Source: a virus. From it: a DNA stretch of 64,000 nucleotides. Every line of letters starts with the position of its first letter. The first letter of the stretch is position 1. This document shows, one piece after another, positions 48,401 to 58,700 of the stretch. The notes under the pieces are model-generated. The model saw nothing but the letters and a program-made list of their open reading frames with translations. It was not told the origin of the DNA and ran no database searches. The stretch is taken from positions 1-64,000 of IMG/VR virus record IMGVR_UViG_3300025141_012314. One strand, written 5' to 3'. A program made the translations under genes and the position numbers.

Positions 48401-48875
48401 GATGGCATCCACTATCGCCGTATATAACGATGTGGCATTTTTAAATGCCATAGGCGAGAAAATGGTGACATTAGGTGATGCCACTGCTGGAAACAGCAAT
48501 ATGGAACTCAAACCCGGCCATTATGTAGACATAGATGAAAATGGTAATCCAATTCTTAAAGAAGGACAAGAAGGTTGGGACCCCCGAAGCCTCAAGGCTG
48601 GCGAATGGCTCTCGGTTGAATGGCGCAAGTGGGATAAAATCTTGCTCCGGAATTCCAAAGCTAGAATTAAAAGAACGTTTAAAACATACTATTATTCTTC
48701 CCGAAAATTCGATTTCAGCTTTGACCTTGGGTTTGATTTTGGTTGGTCTTGGACGAAGAACCTTCGTTCTAAGTTATCCTTTCCTATGGGTGCTCAAATG
48801 CTTCCTTGGTGGAAAAAGGTGAAACTTCGTTCCAATCCGTTTGATGCTAATGGGAAAATGTGTGAAAAGAAATAA
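42480..48875 (+). CDS. Giant acidic putative virion protein (2131 aa)
   Basis: Uninterrupted ORF in the baseplate block; N-terminal DxDxDG (DRDNDG) Ca-binding-like motif; function unassigned. Confidence 0.7.
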   Translation: MSESKFIKWQDRDNDGLIDVCEDVIVDVQESCSVCKPDPSASIPNWKDLTIDEPFLNGQNCTYQITVKTSLTTTGAPEGSSDQEHTDALTATYELYATDAIKSLLAVYEKENSAETRDFASKGLYASNFDLAPYPGSRLKLQYSIPTIVLDSIAARTDTSDDEEEEETENTGGGSVTYNTTEIYNKVMTVRKSLWLYNNYLKIYRFVENGNLFFVDSNRLFELGSYGDSGFGDSLMADILPQLESFLNTKDFKIPGIGWPGFQNVVEKLSFVFDGENKLTKLEVFTAGCGDNARVFEGTRLRSLNSKSSFKDPTAMGYFMNMDKMEQDLKARVPKYWLDFILEYTYPVVYSPIESTSTLPGQVESRYETSQTITSCVKDALISEGKELGQDLLDETFGIADAIMYKFHRNLCYKDSEKLDEELQKLGLFEYADPNNPDTEEFRENLFAVAQARAYGSLEKNGDGSICAIFSSRDSNKPEGTSADTLDDMYNKLDRIKACGLSSMLMSAIQCLFKGMTLEQALSKVTLAALEAMDPTDLSSLFILLPPDKQAQIEQLVRKRLASGDLFSDNGASQQFSDVMAGKEDAYITDSSQPEEFGEEDTFQTPVLATDDVSLAVATENLSAEASGRGQSQRQVRTLAQKFSLSGQLSGGFGNKSVVGAYVHAIIEVYQDNYLALIDYLNKFPGADIIAKVIATLDCPVPPFLGAEGGLEIIKEEDLPSCLSIDGITLPKLKNPFGWLPKRHDLLAALQAAAIEAINEAILRMIQNVLLRACKTLSSAACKTVEIATDVAQAAFTEATFGDLLQETICGGDGGAHSDEVSSSDQAVIDVLGALGPGAVALADEQQALNFSHDLSMSTTRTELSEATLGNPSDTLLEIVLNLVKYEYPEYDPAFNNKQSIAAFFKNVGSLMPMSARKQLRDHLNTLPEDDQVPANPCACATPEQFEDFCNRRTAILNGRASQVQISHMCEVEDELGPLAQALQSGPFSDIPLMGSPGCEDGLLPFEPKEAVAVSTAVLDTHLKQIKTDFTQDMLGSGPFFESDWGLLNMVLSDTLGNPLSTHNRKKKWDIGRKQYVDYYVESPGWFWNTYDDASDQKGGYPVKVAERLQEQMAGSAVVYNSNNEIAPETTFTRSFDSLNIGQGRNWFDTDINLTELPDFGYDIDIEVDWSNEDIKLIKSARKKSPDVVLKYYNHLEGYGSLMDQDSSVDWAASPENRWNFAFDLEVYTAEMTDSDVQVSARARLGPFGRVFESGLSGPRNRPGDITRIKLVEYNKVTDESAAANAQYSESGGSETEAGDTLPPNMITDESAVSETVAFEFAASDDSFKGVSLLKYPKLVGAFTHESAYAPQVVLLHEMMEKNGQEISIDDVKSFYDKSTSEMYNSLLQTVSDDKNSAWKYGAEWDNITSADLEYVLDESTGSPKSYYDSDYKEEDGVLGISGYQWQMKYNGRPGPNRVYYLPPAKFGGSYMSPPIYIAPVQNKGWLGFLDVLFPEPSSCKPSKQELVDFVDIQENMSKTYPYIPEDERLRGNTDCALELPYNRIMERPAISGMEALITATIRIYATTHFIKTLATFATIKPDFDQNYSNIFAAYVVEDMEYSLKDAQTAFWEFFTLFKDEEFWFAFLEQSVQAYSRRIDSDETTEPAPAVLAAFERINDYQANYKYPTQKDLDNAPDGETGWTTTLSSYREEKNFEAIRDTEEDAKIILAEMVKEQLNIIGESLVNNFDIIGVEPEINDLALYMIEQFADGGIDLNVDQKEIVEQMPSFPTEGDGHYTNGGEFVTENAEDYQGYYHVETDADNKIIYVEGEYPSSETNKVLKPMADRMVVEIGDIQDYDFTATGTKPFVIEKYTSINGEKYSTRAAMEIIKTNVSTLNVSDVYPGTLDLVTDDSGEVVGLQGELGVRHGLQFSVFMSGKKYPVAATEVDMLDTTIENAQSLDGDTKLLLCLLRQLKSEEEFKLLYQYIYGVPKMASTIAVYNDVAFLNAIGEKMVTLGDATAGNSNMELKPGHYVDIDENGNPILKEGQEGWDPRSLKAGEWLSVEWRKWDKILLRNSKARIKRTFKTYYYSSRKFDFSFDLGFDFGWSWTKNLRSKLSFPMGAQMLPWWKKVKLRSNPFDANGKMCEKK

Positions 48876-48883
48876 TTATAATT

Positions 48884-48891
48884 CTATTTAT
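48884..48891 (+). promoter_or_regulatory. Candidate late-promoter core CTATTTAT
   Basis: In the 30-nt gap before the gp25-like gene. Confidence 0.45.
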
Positions 48892-48905
48892 AAAAAGAGC
48901 AAGTT

Positions 48906-49274
48906 ATGTCATCAATAGCAGTAAAATTACCATTAATGTATGATTCGGACGGGGGATATCAAATGTTGAGAACCCTTGCGTCAACAGCGCACCAAAATCT
49001 TAAAATGCTAATTCTGACAGAACCGGGCGAAAGAATCATGATTCCAGAGTATGGAGTAGGACTAAAGAGATACCTATTTGAAAATTCACACAGCGGAATT
49101 GAATCCGACATTTCCTCAAAAATACACCAACAAGTACGCAGGTATATGCCGTATATAAAAATTAGACATATAGCCTTTGATCAGCAGGAAATTGACAGAG
49201 GAATACTACAGATGAGAATACACTATAGTGTCCCTAAACTGAACCACAATTCTCAGCTTGATATATCAACATAA
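48906..49274 (+). CDS. Baseplate wedge subunit, gp25/GPW-like
   Basis: QNLKMLILT.PGER.M.P.YG.GL..YLFE. Confidence 0.9.
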   Translation: MSSIAVKLPLMYDSDGGYQMLRTLASTAHQNLKMLILTEPGERIMIPEYGVGLKRYLFENSHSGIESDISSKIHQQVRRYMPYIKIRHIAFDQQEIDRGILQMRIHYSVPKLNHNSQLDIST

Positions 49275-49290
49275 GGAGTTACCCAAATAA

Positions 49291-51087
49291 ATGGCGGACG
49301 AACAGAAAAAGATTTTACCAATAGATTACACTCACCGTGAATATGAAAGTATTCGTAATGATTTGATGGGAATTGTAGAAAGGTTCTACCCTGATACTCT
49401 TCAAGATTTCTCTGAGGGTTCGTTTGGTTCAATGATGCTTGATGCGGTGGCATATGTCGGAGATCAGCTATCATTTTATTTAGATTACAATGTAAATGAG
49501 TGTTTCCTCGACACGGCATATCAATATGATAATGTTGTTCGTCATGGCCGCATCTTAGGATACAAGGCACAAGGTCGTCCATCAACCTATGGAGAGGTGT
49601 CGCTATTCGTAATGGTCCCAGCATCTAGCACAGGTATTGGACCAGATACTGCTTATGTTCCAATTCTCTCAAAAGGAACGACGTTTACGTCAGGAAACGG
49701 ACTGGCATACATATTGACAGAAAATGTTGACTTTTCGCTCCCCACAAACACGACGATCGTTGCACAAGTGAACAAAGATACTGGTGCTCCAACTTGGTAT
49801 GCGATAAAAGCACCGGGCACAGTCGTATCGGGAAGGCTCGGAAAACAGTCGATAAAAGTAAACAACTACCAAAGATTTTTAAAACTACAACTGTCTGCAG
49901 GAAATATCTCTGAGATCATCTCGGTAACTGACACTGAGGGCAATGAATACTATGAGGTTGATTATTTGGCTCAAGACATGGTGTTCAAAGAGATCGCAAA
50001 CAAGAACTTTAAGAATGATAATGTTCCTTCAATCTTAAAACCCTATTTGGTCTCGCGCAAGTTCACTGTAGAGAGAAACAGATACGGAGTATACCTGCAG
50101 TTCGGCAGTGGTAAGTCAGGAGAAACTGACGTTATCGCCGACCCAAGCTCAGTTGCGATGGATATTTTCGGCAAGGATTATGTAAGCAGTACAACGTTTG
50201 ATCCTACACGCTTATCAAAAAACTATAGCCTAGGCTACGTTCCTTCCAACACAATATTAACAATCACATACCGAACAACTAATCCATCGAATTCTAACAT
50301 CGGCGCCTCACAACTCAACAAAGTATCGAGTGCCAGACTTAAGTTTGCTGACGAACTTTCTCTTAACTCCGGAGTTATGACAACAATCATGAACTCTGTA
50401 GAAGTGACCAACGACAAACCTATCATTGGCGCAGTGTCATACCCCACCTCAACAGAGGTAAAGCGCCGAATCTACGACACTTTTCCCACACAAAACCGCG
50501 CTGTTACCCAGGCTGATTACGAGAATCTAGCTTACAGGATGCCGGCTAAATATGGCTCTATCGCCAGATGCAGTACACAGAAAGATCCCGACTCTCTGAA
50601 AAGAAACTTGAATATGTATATTATTTCATCGGACAACAGAGGATATTTGACCGAGACTAACTCAACAATCAAGAACAATCTTAAGATGTGGCTCAACCAC
50701 TACAGGATGATAAATGATACCGTCGACATCTTAGATCCTTACATTGTTAATATCGGAATCAACTTTATAATCAAACCACAGCTTGGTGCTGACAAGTTTG
50801 TCGTATTAAATGCTGCAACCCAAGCACTCAAAAAGAAGTACAAAACCAAATTTTATATTGGCGAACCGCTATACATCAGCGACATTTACCAAACCCTCAA
50901 GGGTGCAAAAGGTGTCCTCGATGTTACTAAAGTTACGATCACAAACCCGCAAGGAACTAATTACTCTGGAACACAGATTAATATCAACAATAACCTTTCC
51001 CCTGATGGAAGTTATTTAGTCACCCCGAAAAATGCGATATTAGAATTGAAATATCCAGAAGTTGATGTCAAAGGGAAGGTACAATAA
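49291..51087 (+). CDS. Baseplate wedge subunit, T4 gp6-like
   Basis: DF.EGS.G.M.LD.VAY.GD.LSFYLD, LQFG.G, TQNRAVT..DY. Confidence 0.85.
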   Translation: MADEQKKILPIDYTHREYESIRNDLMGIVERFYPDTLQDFSEGSFGSMMLDAVAYVGDQLSFYLDYNVNECFLDTAYQYDNVVRHGRILGYKAQGRPSTYGEVSLFVMVPASSTGIGPDTAYVPILSKGTTFTSGNGLAYILTENVDFSLPTNTTIVAQVNKDTGAPTWYAIKAPGTVVSGRLGKQSIKVNNYQRFLKLQLSAGNISEIISVTDTEGNEYYEVDYLAQDMVFKEIANKNFKNDNVPSILKPYLVSRKFTVERNRYGVYLQFGSGKSGETDVIADPSSVAMDIFGKDYVSSTTFDPTRLSKNYSLGYVPSNTILTITYRTTNPSNSNIGASQLNKVSSARLKFADELSLNSGVMTTIMNSVEVTNDKPIIGAVSYPTSTEVKRRIYDTFPTQNRAVTQADYENLAYRMPAKYGSIARCSTQKDPDSLKRNLNMYIISSDNRGYLTETNSTIKNNLKMWLNHYRMINDTVDILDPYIVNIGINFIIKPQLGADKFVVLNAATQALKKKYKTKFYIGEPLYISDIYQTLKGAKGVLDVTKVTITNPQGTNYSGTQININNNLSPDGSYLVTPKNAILELKYPEVDVKGKVQ

Positions 51088-52712
51088 TGGCTATAAAAAA
51101 ATACGTAGCTAATGCTGATACAACAATCGTTAACGCATATAAGACTGATATGGAAACCCGCGGCACAGGCTCTAATATGGGAGCAGCCGATATAGTCGAA
51201 ATCTTTTCAGTCTACGGTAGGCAATCAACTAGTTCTGCTGAACTTTCTCGCGCTCTGGTAAAATTCCCTATTCCTACAATCTCGTCGGATAGAACCGCCG
51301 GCACAATCCCGGCCTCGGGCAGTGTTAGCTTTTATTTGAAAATGCACTCGGCTCCCACCTCACGCACGGCACCCTCTGGCGCATACTCAATGGTTATCGA
51401 GCCTCTTTCTCGCGATTGGCAAGAAGGCTTTGGGCTTGACATGGCTGGATATACCGACGTTACCAAGGGCAATGTCGGCGCCAACTGGATGAGTGCTAGC
51501 AATACCACAGCGTGGACCAAGATCGGTGGTGATTATATTACTGATTCCAACGCAGCCTACCCCTTTGAGTGGTATTCCGCAGACATGACGACCGGATTAG
51601 AAGATATTGAAGTAGATATCACAGGCTTGGTTGAACTGTGGATGGCTGGCACTTTAAACAACTACGGCGTTGGCGTCCACCTTTCGGGCGCATATGAAGC
51701 CAATACTTCAATGGATTATGTCATCAACAGTTCTGGAACACCGTCCGGATACACAGCCCTGTTCAATCCCACTGGCTCGACTACCTCTTATTACACGCGC
51801 CGTTTCTTTGCGCGAGGATCACAATATTGGTTTAAGAGACCAACTATTGAAGCGCGCTGGAATTCATCGCGAAAAGATAACAGAGGAGAAGTATTTTACA
51901 GTAGCTCTTTAGCGGGGGTTAATGATAATCAGAACACCCTCTTTCTTTACAACTATGTCAGAGGAAGGCTGAAGAATATACCATCGGTAGGAGTTAACGC
52001 GATTTACGTTAGTCTTTACTCAGGCTCTGCGACCAATACTGCACCCAGTGGTTCGGCAATCAGCCTCCCTAGAACACTGCCATACACTCATGTGAGCGCA
52101 ATCAACCCATATGTAATAACAGGCGCTTGGGTTGCAACCGGAATCTACTCTGCGCAATTTGCACTGACGAGTGGGCAAGAACCCGGTAACCGGGCTCCCC
52201 TTACCCGTGTGTTTGATGTCTGGCACGATGGAACCGGCTATAACACCCCCGGCGCCGGGGTAGAGTTTGTAACGTCCTCGTTCGAACCACAACACTTTAG
52301 CGCATCAAGTTATGTACCAAATCCGAAATACTATATGAATATTACGAATCTAAAAGACAGCTACAGGACTGATGAGACTGCACGCCTGAACTTGTTTGTT
52401 AGACATAAGAACTGGAGCCCAACTATTTATACTGTAGCAAACGCTGAAGTAGAGAATACGACCATTCAGAGCGCCTCCTATAGGGTGTATAGAGTATTAG
52501 ACGACTACGAGGCTCTTCCATACCGAACTGGCAGTCAGAAGGCTTCTGAGCTTTCTTATGACATATCTGGCAATTACTTTGATTTAGATATGAATCTTCT
52601 TGAGGGAGGTTATGCATATGGAATCAAGTTTGCTTTCTATGACGATGATATTAAATCATGGTCCGAACAGCCATACGTATTTAAATTCCGAGTAGAAGAC
52701 TATGAGTATTAA
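51087..52712 (+). CDS. Putative virion structural protein (DNRLRE-like N-terminal region)
   Basis: A.ADTTI, SRALVKF, DITGLVE.W..G...NYG, RP.IEARW. Confidence 0.6.
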   Translation: MAIKKYVANADTTIVNAYKTDMETRGTGSNMGAADIVEIFSVYGRQSTSSAELSRALVKFPIPTISSDRTAGTIPASGSVSFYLKMHSAPTSRTAPSGAYSMVIEPLSRDWQEGFGLDMAGYTDVTKGNVGANWMSASNTTAWTKIGGDYITDSNAAYPFEWYSADMTTGLEDIEVDITGLVELWMAGTLNNYGVGVHLSGAYEANTSMDYVINSSGTPSGYTALFNPTGSTTSYYTRRFFARGSQYWFKRPTIEARWNSSRKDNRGEVFYSSSLAGVNDNQNTLFLYNYVRGRLKNIPSVGVNAIYVSLYSGSATNTAPSGSAISLPRTLPYTHVSAINPYVITGAWVATGIYSAQFALTSGQEPGNRAPLTRVFDVWHDGTGYNTPGAGVEFVTSSFEPQHFSASSYVPNPKYYMNITNLKDSYRTDETARLNLFVRHKNWSPTIYTVANAEVENTTIQSASYRVYRVLDDYEALPYRTGSQKASELSYDISGNYFDLDMNLLEGGYAYGIKFAFYDDDIKSWSEQPYVFKFRVEDYEY

Positions 52713-55700
52713 GAAGTTATTTCACGCCACAGACGAGTCTAGAAATTATCTTTCAGAAGCCGAACAAAAAGATATATACAAAGCTGTTGAATCTGAAAAA
52801 AACTTAGAAGAACTTAACGAGCTTAAAGAAGCTTTTGTTCCCCAAGTAGACTATTCTAACCCTGCGCAGTTCGCTAGGTTTGGTTCTGCATATCTATACT
52901 ATAAATCAGCTATTAGCAATATACTGGATTTCTATCCTTATGATGGTTCTGACGCAGAAAAGAACCGATTCCACAATAAAACATACCCGATAGACAAATA
53001 CATCTTAGACAATAACTATCCTAAATCTACAGGGTATGGTATTATTTCCGCGGATGGCTGGGGAACTCAGTCTTCTATCTCTGGCGGTTATGGTGTGCCG
53101 GCCACTCAAGAACACATAACCTTCTTTGCTGGTCCCGGTACCGGCTCGTTTCTATCAGGCACAGCTGCCACAAGCATGATGCCGGAGCCCCACAATAGCA
53201 AGTTCCAATATTCTAATGTTTATGAAGAAAACCCCTATCTTAATGCCGGACTTACTTCTGATTATGGATCTGGCTCCCGGGACTCAAACTTAAAAGCTGA
53301 CTTTGATCGCGGCGTAACAGTGGAGTTTTGGCTCCAGACGGGATCTCTGGGCGGAACAGCCGACACCCAAAAACTAGTCGTTTTTGACATGTGGAATAAC
53401 GAGCACTCATCAAGTGCTGACTACGGACGCATCACTATTGAGTTAACAGGTGGTTTGCGCGGAACAAGCACTCTTGGATGGACTGATTCTCCATTCCTGT
53501 TAACAGTCCAATCAGGAAACCTCTTCTATAATCCAGACTCCCCCGGAACATTTCAGCAAAAGATTGGTTTAGGGATCACTACAGCATCTTTGGGAGAATG
53601 GCACCATTATGCAATTGCTATTTATAATTCCGGATCGGATCTAAGAACCGACTTTTATGTCGATGGAAGGATGAATGATGCAGGAACCCCGACATACGCC
53701 ACCGCAGTAGATGCAATCGATACCGCCGGCGTAAAAGCTGCGAACGTCGATAGTGCGTTTTCATTTACTATTCCAACTTCCGCTGGTGGCGAAGGTCCCG
53801 CAACAACGATTCGTCTGTCTGCTGCACAATCCACTGCCCCACCAGTGGCCGGCGCAGGTAGTTCGATTGGCATTGGTTTTTCCGACAAGACTGATGCTGA
53901 GATCGCAGCGCTTATTATTAATGCTATTAATGCAGTTGCTACAACAAATATCGTTTTTGCAGTATCCAATAATGGACAGGCCGGCTATGATGCTGGTATT
54001 ACAGCCACACAGGGTTCAAGCGATACTCAAATTACACTTACAATGGACAACCCCGGCATCGCTGGTAATCTTAATATCGCCCTTGTAGACACCCTCGGTA
54101 CGTCCCTGGTTGATACTGCAGACTTTACTGGCGCGACCGGATTCCAAGCCTCATCTCTTGGAGAATTAACTTCCAAGAATATGATGGGGCGCCTAGGAGC
54201 CTTACAATATGCTCCATCTGGTACCATGGCAAAATCGACGTGCACCGACTTAGACGGAGCCGGCAAGCTTTCTGGCTCCATTGACGAATTCCGTTATTGG
54301 AAAACCAAACGAACCGGTCATGATATTGGCAGAAACTGGATTAACCAAGTAGGTGGCGGCGTCAACACTGACATAGCGAACACCGAGCTTGGAGTTTACT
54401 ACAAGTTTAACGAGGGAATCACAGGAAATTCAACCGTTGACGGCACAGTGCTAGATTACGGCGGAAGAATTTGTAATGGTCGCTGGCAAGGTTATGCTGC
54501 TAACTCTAGAAATACTGGCTCCGCTATCGTATCGGCATCGGCTGCTCCATATGAGCGCCTAGATCCGGTTATTCGCCCTGAGCATCCCGACATTATTTCG
54601 CTTCGAAGTAATCTGCTTTCAACTGGCTCAACTCATGATCGCCAGAACAACAATCTATTCATTAATTACATGCCAAGTTGGATACAAGATGAATACGAAC
54701 CTGACGACGCATATAACGGCGATCTAAGCCTGATGTCACATGTTATCGGATCGTATTTCGATACCATGTATCAACAAGTAAGGGCTCTCCCTAGCTTTGT
54801 GAAGGCATCATACACCAGTGGTTCTCACAAGCCTGTGCCATTTGCACAGCACTTACCGCAATCATTGGGGCTCGATACGCCTGAACTGTTTGTAGACTCT
54901 AGTATTATTGAGCAGTTCCTTAACCGCGACGACAAGACTCTGTTTGAGGGAGACCTCACCGAGACCAAAAACTTAATATATCTCAATCTTTACAACAACT
55001 TGGCTCACATCTTTAAGAGCAAAGGTACTGAAAGAGCGATCAGAAACACTCTAAGATGCTTCAATATAAATGATAATGTATTTAAACTTAACGTTTACAA
55101 TAGAAATCATACATTTGAGCTAAAAAACAACCTTCGACAGACCCTCTCAAAAGAAACAAGAGTAAATTTCGGTCACCCCGACAACCTGGAAGCAGTTGTT
55201 TACCAAGCAATGAGTTCTTCGAACCCTAACAGCTTGGGCTATATTTCGGGAAGTGGCTGGAAAGCCGCCGGGCAAAGAGTGGGTTATGAGCAACAATATG
55301 GGTTTACACTGGAATCTGATGTAATCTTTCCGCATTATGTGGCAGAAGTAGATCCTATTCAGAGGAACTACACGACTTCCTCTCTTTTCGGTATGTACAC
55401 CGTACCTACCGGCTCAATTATTGATAACAGCAATCCGGAAGGAGTACCGTCGGGACTTGATCCTAGAGTGGACTTTTTGGATGGCACTAATACTGCCTTT
55501 GCAACTAGCTCTACCGACACCATTAGCGATCCAGCCAACTTGCAGGTCTACGCAATTCGAACTGCTGCTGATTCTAAAGATGTTTATTTCCAGCTGGGAT
55601 CTCGTAACGATCCAAGGCCACTATTATTTCACACAGCTTCGTCCCTCACGAGTAGTGTTTTCTATAACGTTTATGACAATGAGCGCTGGAACCTCTCAGT

Positions 55701-58700
55701 TAGAATGAAGCCAAGCAAGCCGTTTGCCAACATCGTGACCGGCGCCTTGAGTGATACAGGGCAGCAGTTCACCTACGATGTGGTATTCCGCGGCATAAAC
55801 ACCTTTCTAGGCGATGTAAAAAACAGTTTCGAACTAACGGGCACGTTGAATTATGTCTCGGGCTCAAACCTTTTGGCTGCCTCCAAGCGCGTATATTGCG
55901 GCGCCGAAAGAACAAACATTACAGGAACCCTCTTAAATAAATCCGATGCCCAAATCAATAGTGTAAAATATTGGACCAAACATATTGATAATCATAGTCT
56001 TGACCAACATTTATATGATATGACAAATCAAGGTATCTCCGGCTCTTATCAAAATGTAGCCTTTTGGGATCCCAATAATGGTCCATTAGATGTACTTAAT
56101 CTTAACACTTTAGCACTGAGCTGGAACTTTAATAATATAACCGGCGGCTCTGATGTTAACGGAAACTTTTATGTAGAAGATGCGAGTTCTGGCTCCACGG
56201 AGCTTCGAACAGAGAACTACGGCTGGCTCGGTAATAAGACAGGTTGGCAGCATACTGGATATGGTTATGGATTTGCAACATCTTCGACAGCTGTATATGT
56301 TAAAGACCCAATCAACTCCTTTAAGTTTGTAAATCCTGAAAGAGCAGTTTCTAATGATATGATTCAGATTCTATCGGACGATGATGAAGTATTGGGCATC
56401 GTAGAAACAGTGCCATCTTATTATTATACACTAGAAAAAAGTTTATATGGTGCTCTCTCGGAAGAGATGTTGGACTTCCTTGCAGGTGTCGTAGATTTCA
56501 ATAACGTCATCGGTGCACCAGTTAACCGATATCGCAGCCGATACAAGAATTTAGAGAAGCTTAGAGAAAGCTTCTTCCGACGCGTTAATAAAGTTTCAAG
56601 CGTCGAGAAATACATTAACTATTATAAATGGTTTGATGGCAGCATCTCAACAATTATAGAGCAAATGCTACCAGCATCTGCAGACTTTGAAGCAGAAGTC
56701 TTCAACACGATTGAAAGTCATGTGCTTGAGAGGAATAAATACCAAACCCCTTTCCCGACATACGAGTTTATTGAACCCGATCTTGATTCAACAATGGAAG
56801 GGCTACAATCTAATACATGGGACTGGCAATCAGGACACTCCATGGAGCCGTCCTCTCCGCGCCGGACTGATGTTAATAAGCCCTTTGTTAAACAAAGGAT
56901 GCTTAGAACTTCTATAGAATTAACATCCGGTGATCCAGAAATCGATGGACAGAGAGAGAATATTCGAAAGATCGCATTTTCTCAACCAACACTAAGCTCA
57001 AGCGCAAATGTCAGATACACCCCAGCCGGCGTAGGATATTCAGCACAGCAATTCCGCCGCAGAGCCCTATCGGCTCCGTACGAGATGACAATAGAACTCT
57101 CAGACAATAAGAGTAATATTCACGGTGGAGTAAACTTCCCTCCGAACAAAAACATTCAGTTTACATACGATGCTTTATATCCATTTGGACCTCTTGGTAC
57201 TGATCCTGTTGTTCCGCTTAATGTTCTGTTCACTCAAGAAAGCGATATTGTAGAACTCGCGGAACTATATCTAGCAGACTTTAATCCGAAAGGAAAAATA
57301 ATAGAGAGGTCATTCAAGGTTCATTTCGGTCGTGAATGGGAAGACGGACTGGGTGGAAAAAACCTTAAGTCCTCCATGGCATATCCTTTTAGTATTGTCA
57401 GTTCGTCTGTTACAACAGGATATAATAAAGATGTTGTCAATGGCTTAACCGGCGGAATCCAGATTACAAACCTGCACAACGATGTGTACGGCTCTGACAT
57501 GGAAAAACCCATGCAGGGTCCTTTCACCGAATATGCTGTTGGTGGACACCAGCATCGACACACACGTATTAATAAGGGAGCAGACAATTATAAGACCCGC
57601 GCAGAGGCTTGGAAGCTTCTCGTTGGGGAATGTGGTGGCGCCCCATCGGGCTCAATGGGGCTTGTCGCACCAGACTATCCATGGCCCGACATAGGACAAG
57701 ATCCTGCAGCAGCCGAAGGAACTGTATCGCTTGCAGTCGGGAATGTAACTACTGGTGATTCGGTAACGATTGGTGATGGAGACACCACCAAAACATTTGA
57801 GGTACCGTTCGAAAATGAGAAATCGGTGTTATTCACTAACTCTGCCAACTCATGGATTGCTGTCTCTGGAGATAAGAGTTCAAGTTATGGACTCCCCTCT
57901 GATCATCCTTTGGACTTTTACTACTTAGAAAAGGCTACAATTAGTGCGTGGGTATCCGCTAGCGCCACAGACAAAAACGCGTATATTTTCCAAGCCGGCG
58001 CACCAAATGGAGCAATAGACGTCGCAATACGCACGGACAACACTGTGCGCCTCACACAAGCATGGTACAGACCAGCTGGAGGTCCATATAATGTCAATGC
58101 ACACTGGGAAACAGATGCTGCGGTAATTACTACCGGGAAATGGCATCATATTGCCGTAACATATGATGCCACGCTATCAGCCAGTCAAGACCCGAAATTC
58201 TTCATTGATGGTGTGCTGGTTGACTCCTCAGCAGGCATGGCCGTGCCGGCGGATGCGGACACAAAACTACAACTAAAAAGAATCGTCGATCGCGAAAGCA
58301 CGACGAAGGTTATAACAACAATCGGTGGATATAACGTTAACGTCCCTTTCAGCGGCGCAATCGACGAAATGTCAATTTGGCAGCTTAGTATGAGCGCCGA
58401 ACAGATAACAGAGGTTTATGCTACCGGTTCGGTGCAAAATCTATTTAAAGTTTCTGCTTACGTCTCTGATAATACCAACCTATATTCATGGTGGCGCATG
58501 GGAGACGACGCTAACGATGCTGTAGATGGCGGCGGATCATACTCACTAGGAGTTAACTCGATAGTTGATCAAACTGGCCGAGCAAATGGTAACCCGGGTT
58601 CAGAGCAGTCAATATCTACCAATGTTGTAACAGCCTCAACGGCAGGACCCAACGTCTCTTGGACAAAGGGATCTAACTACTTTAACTCCATACAAAATCT

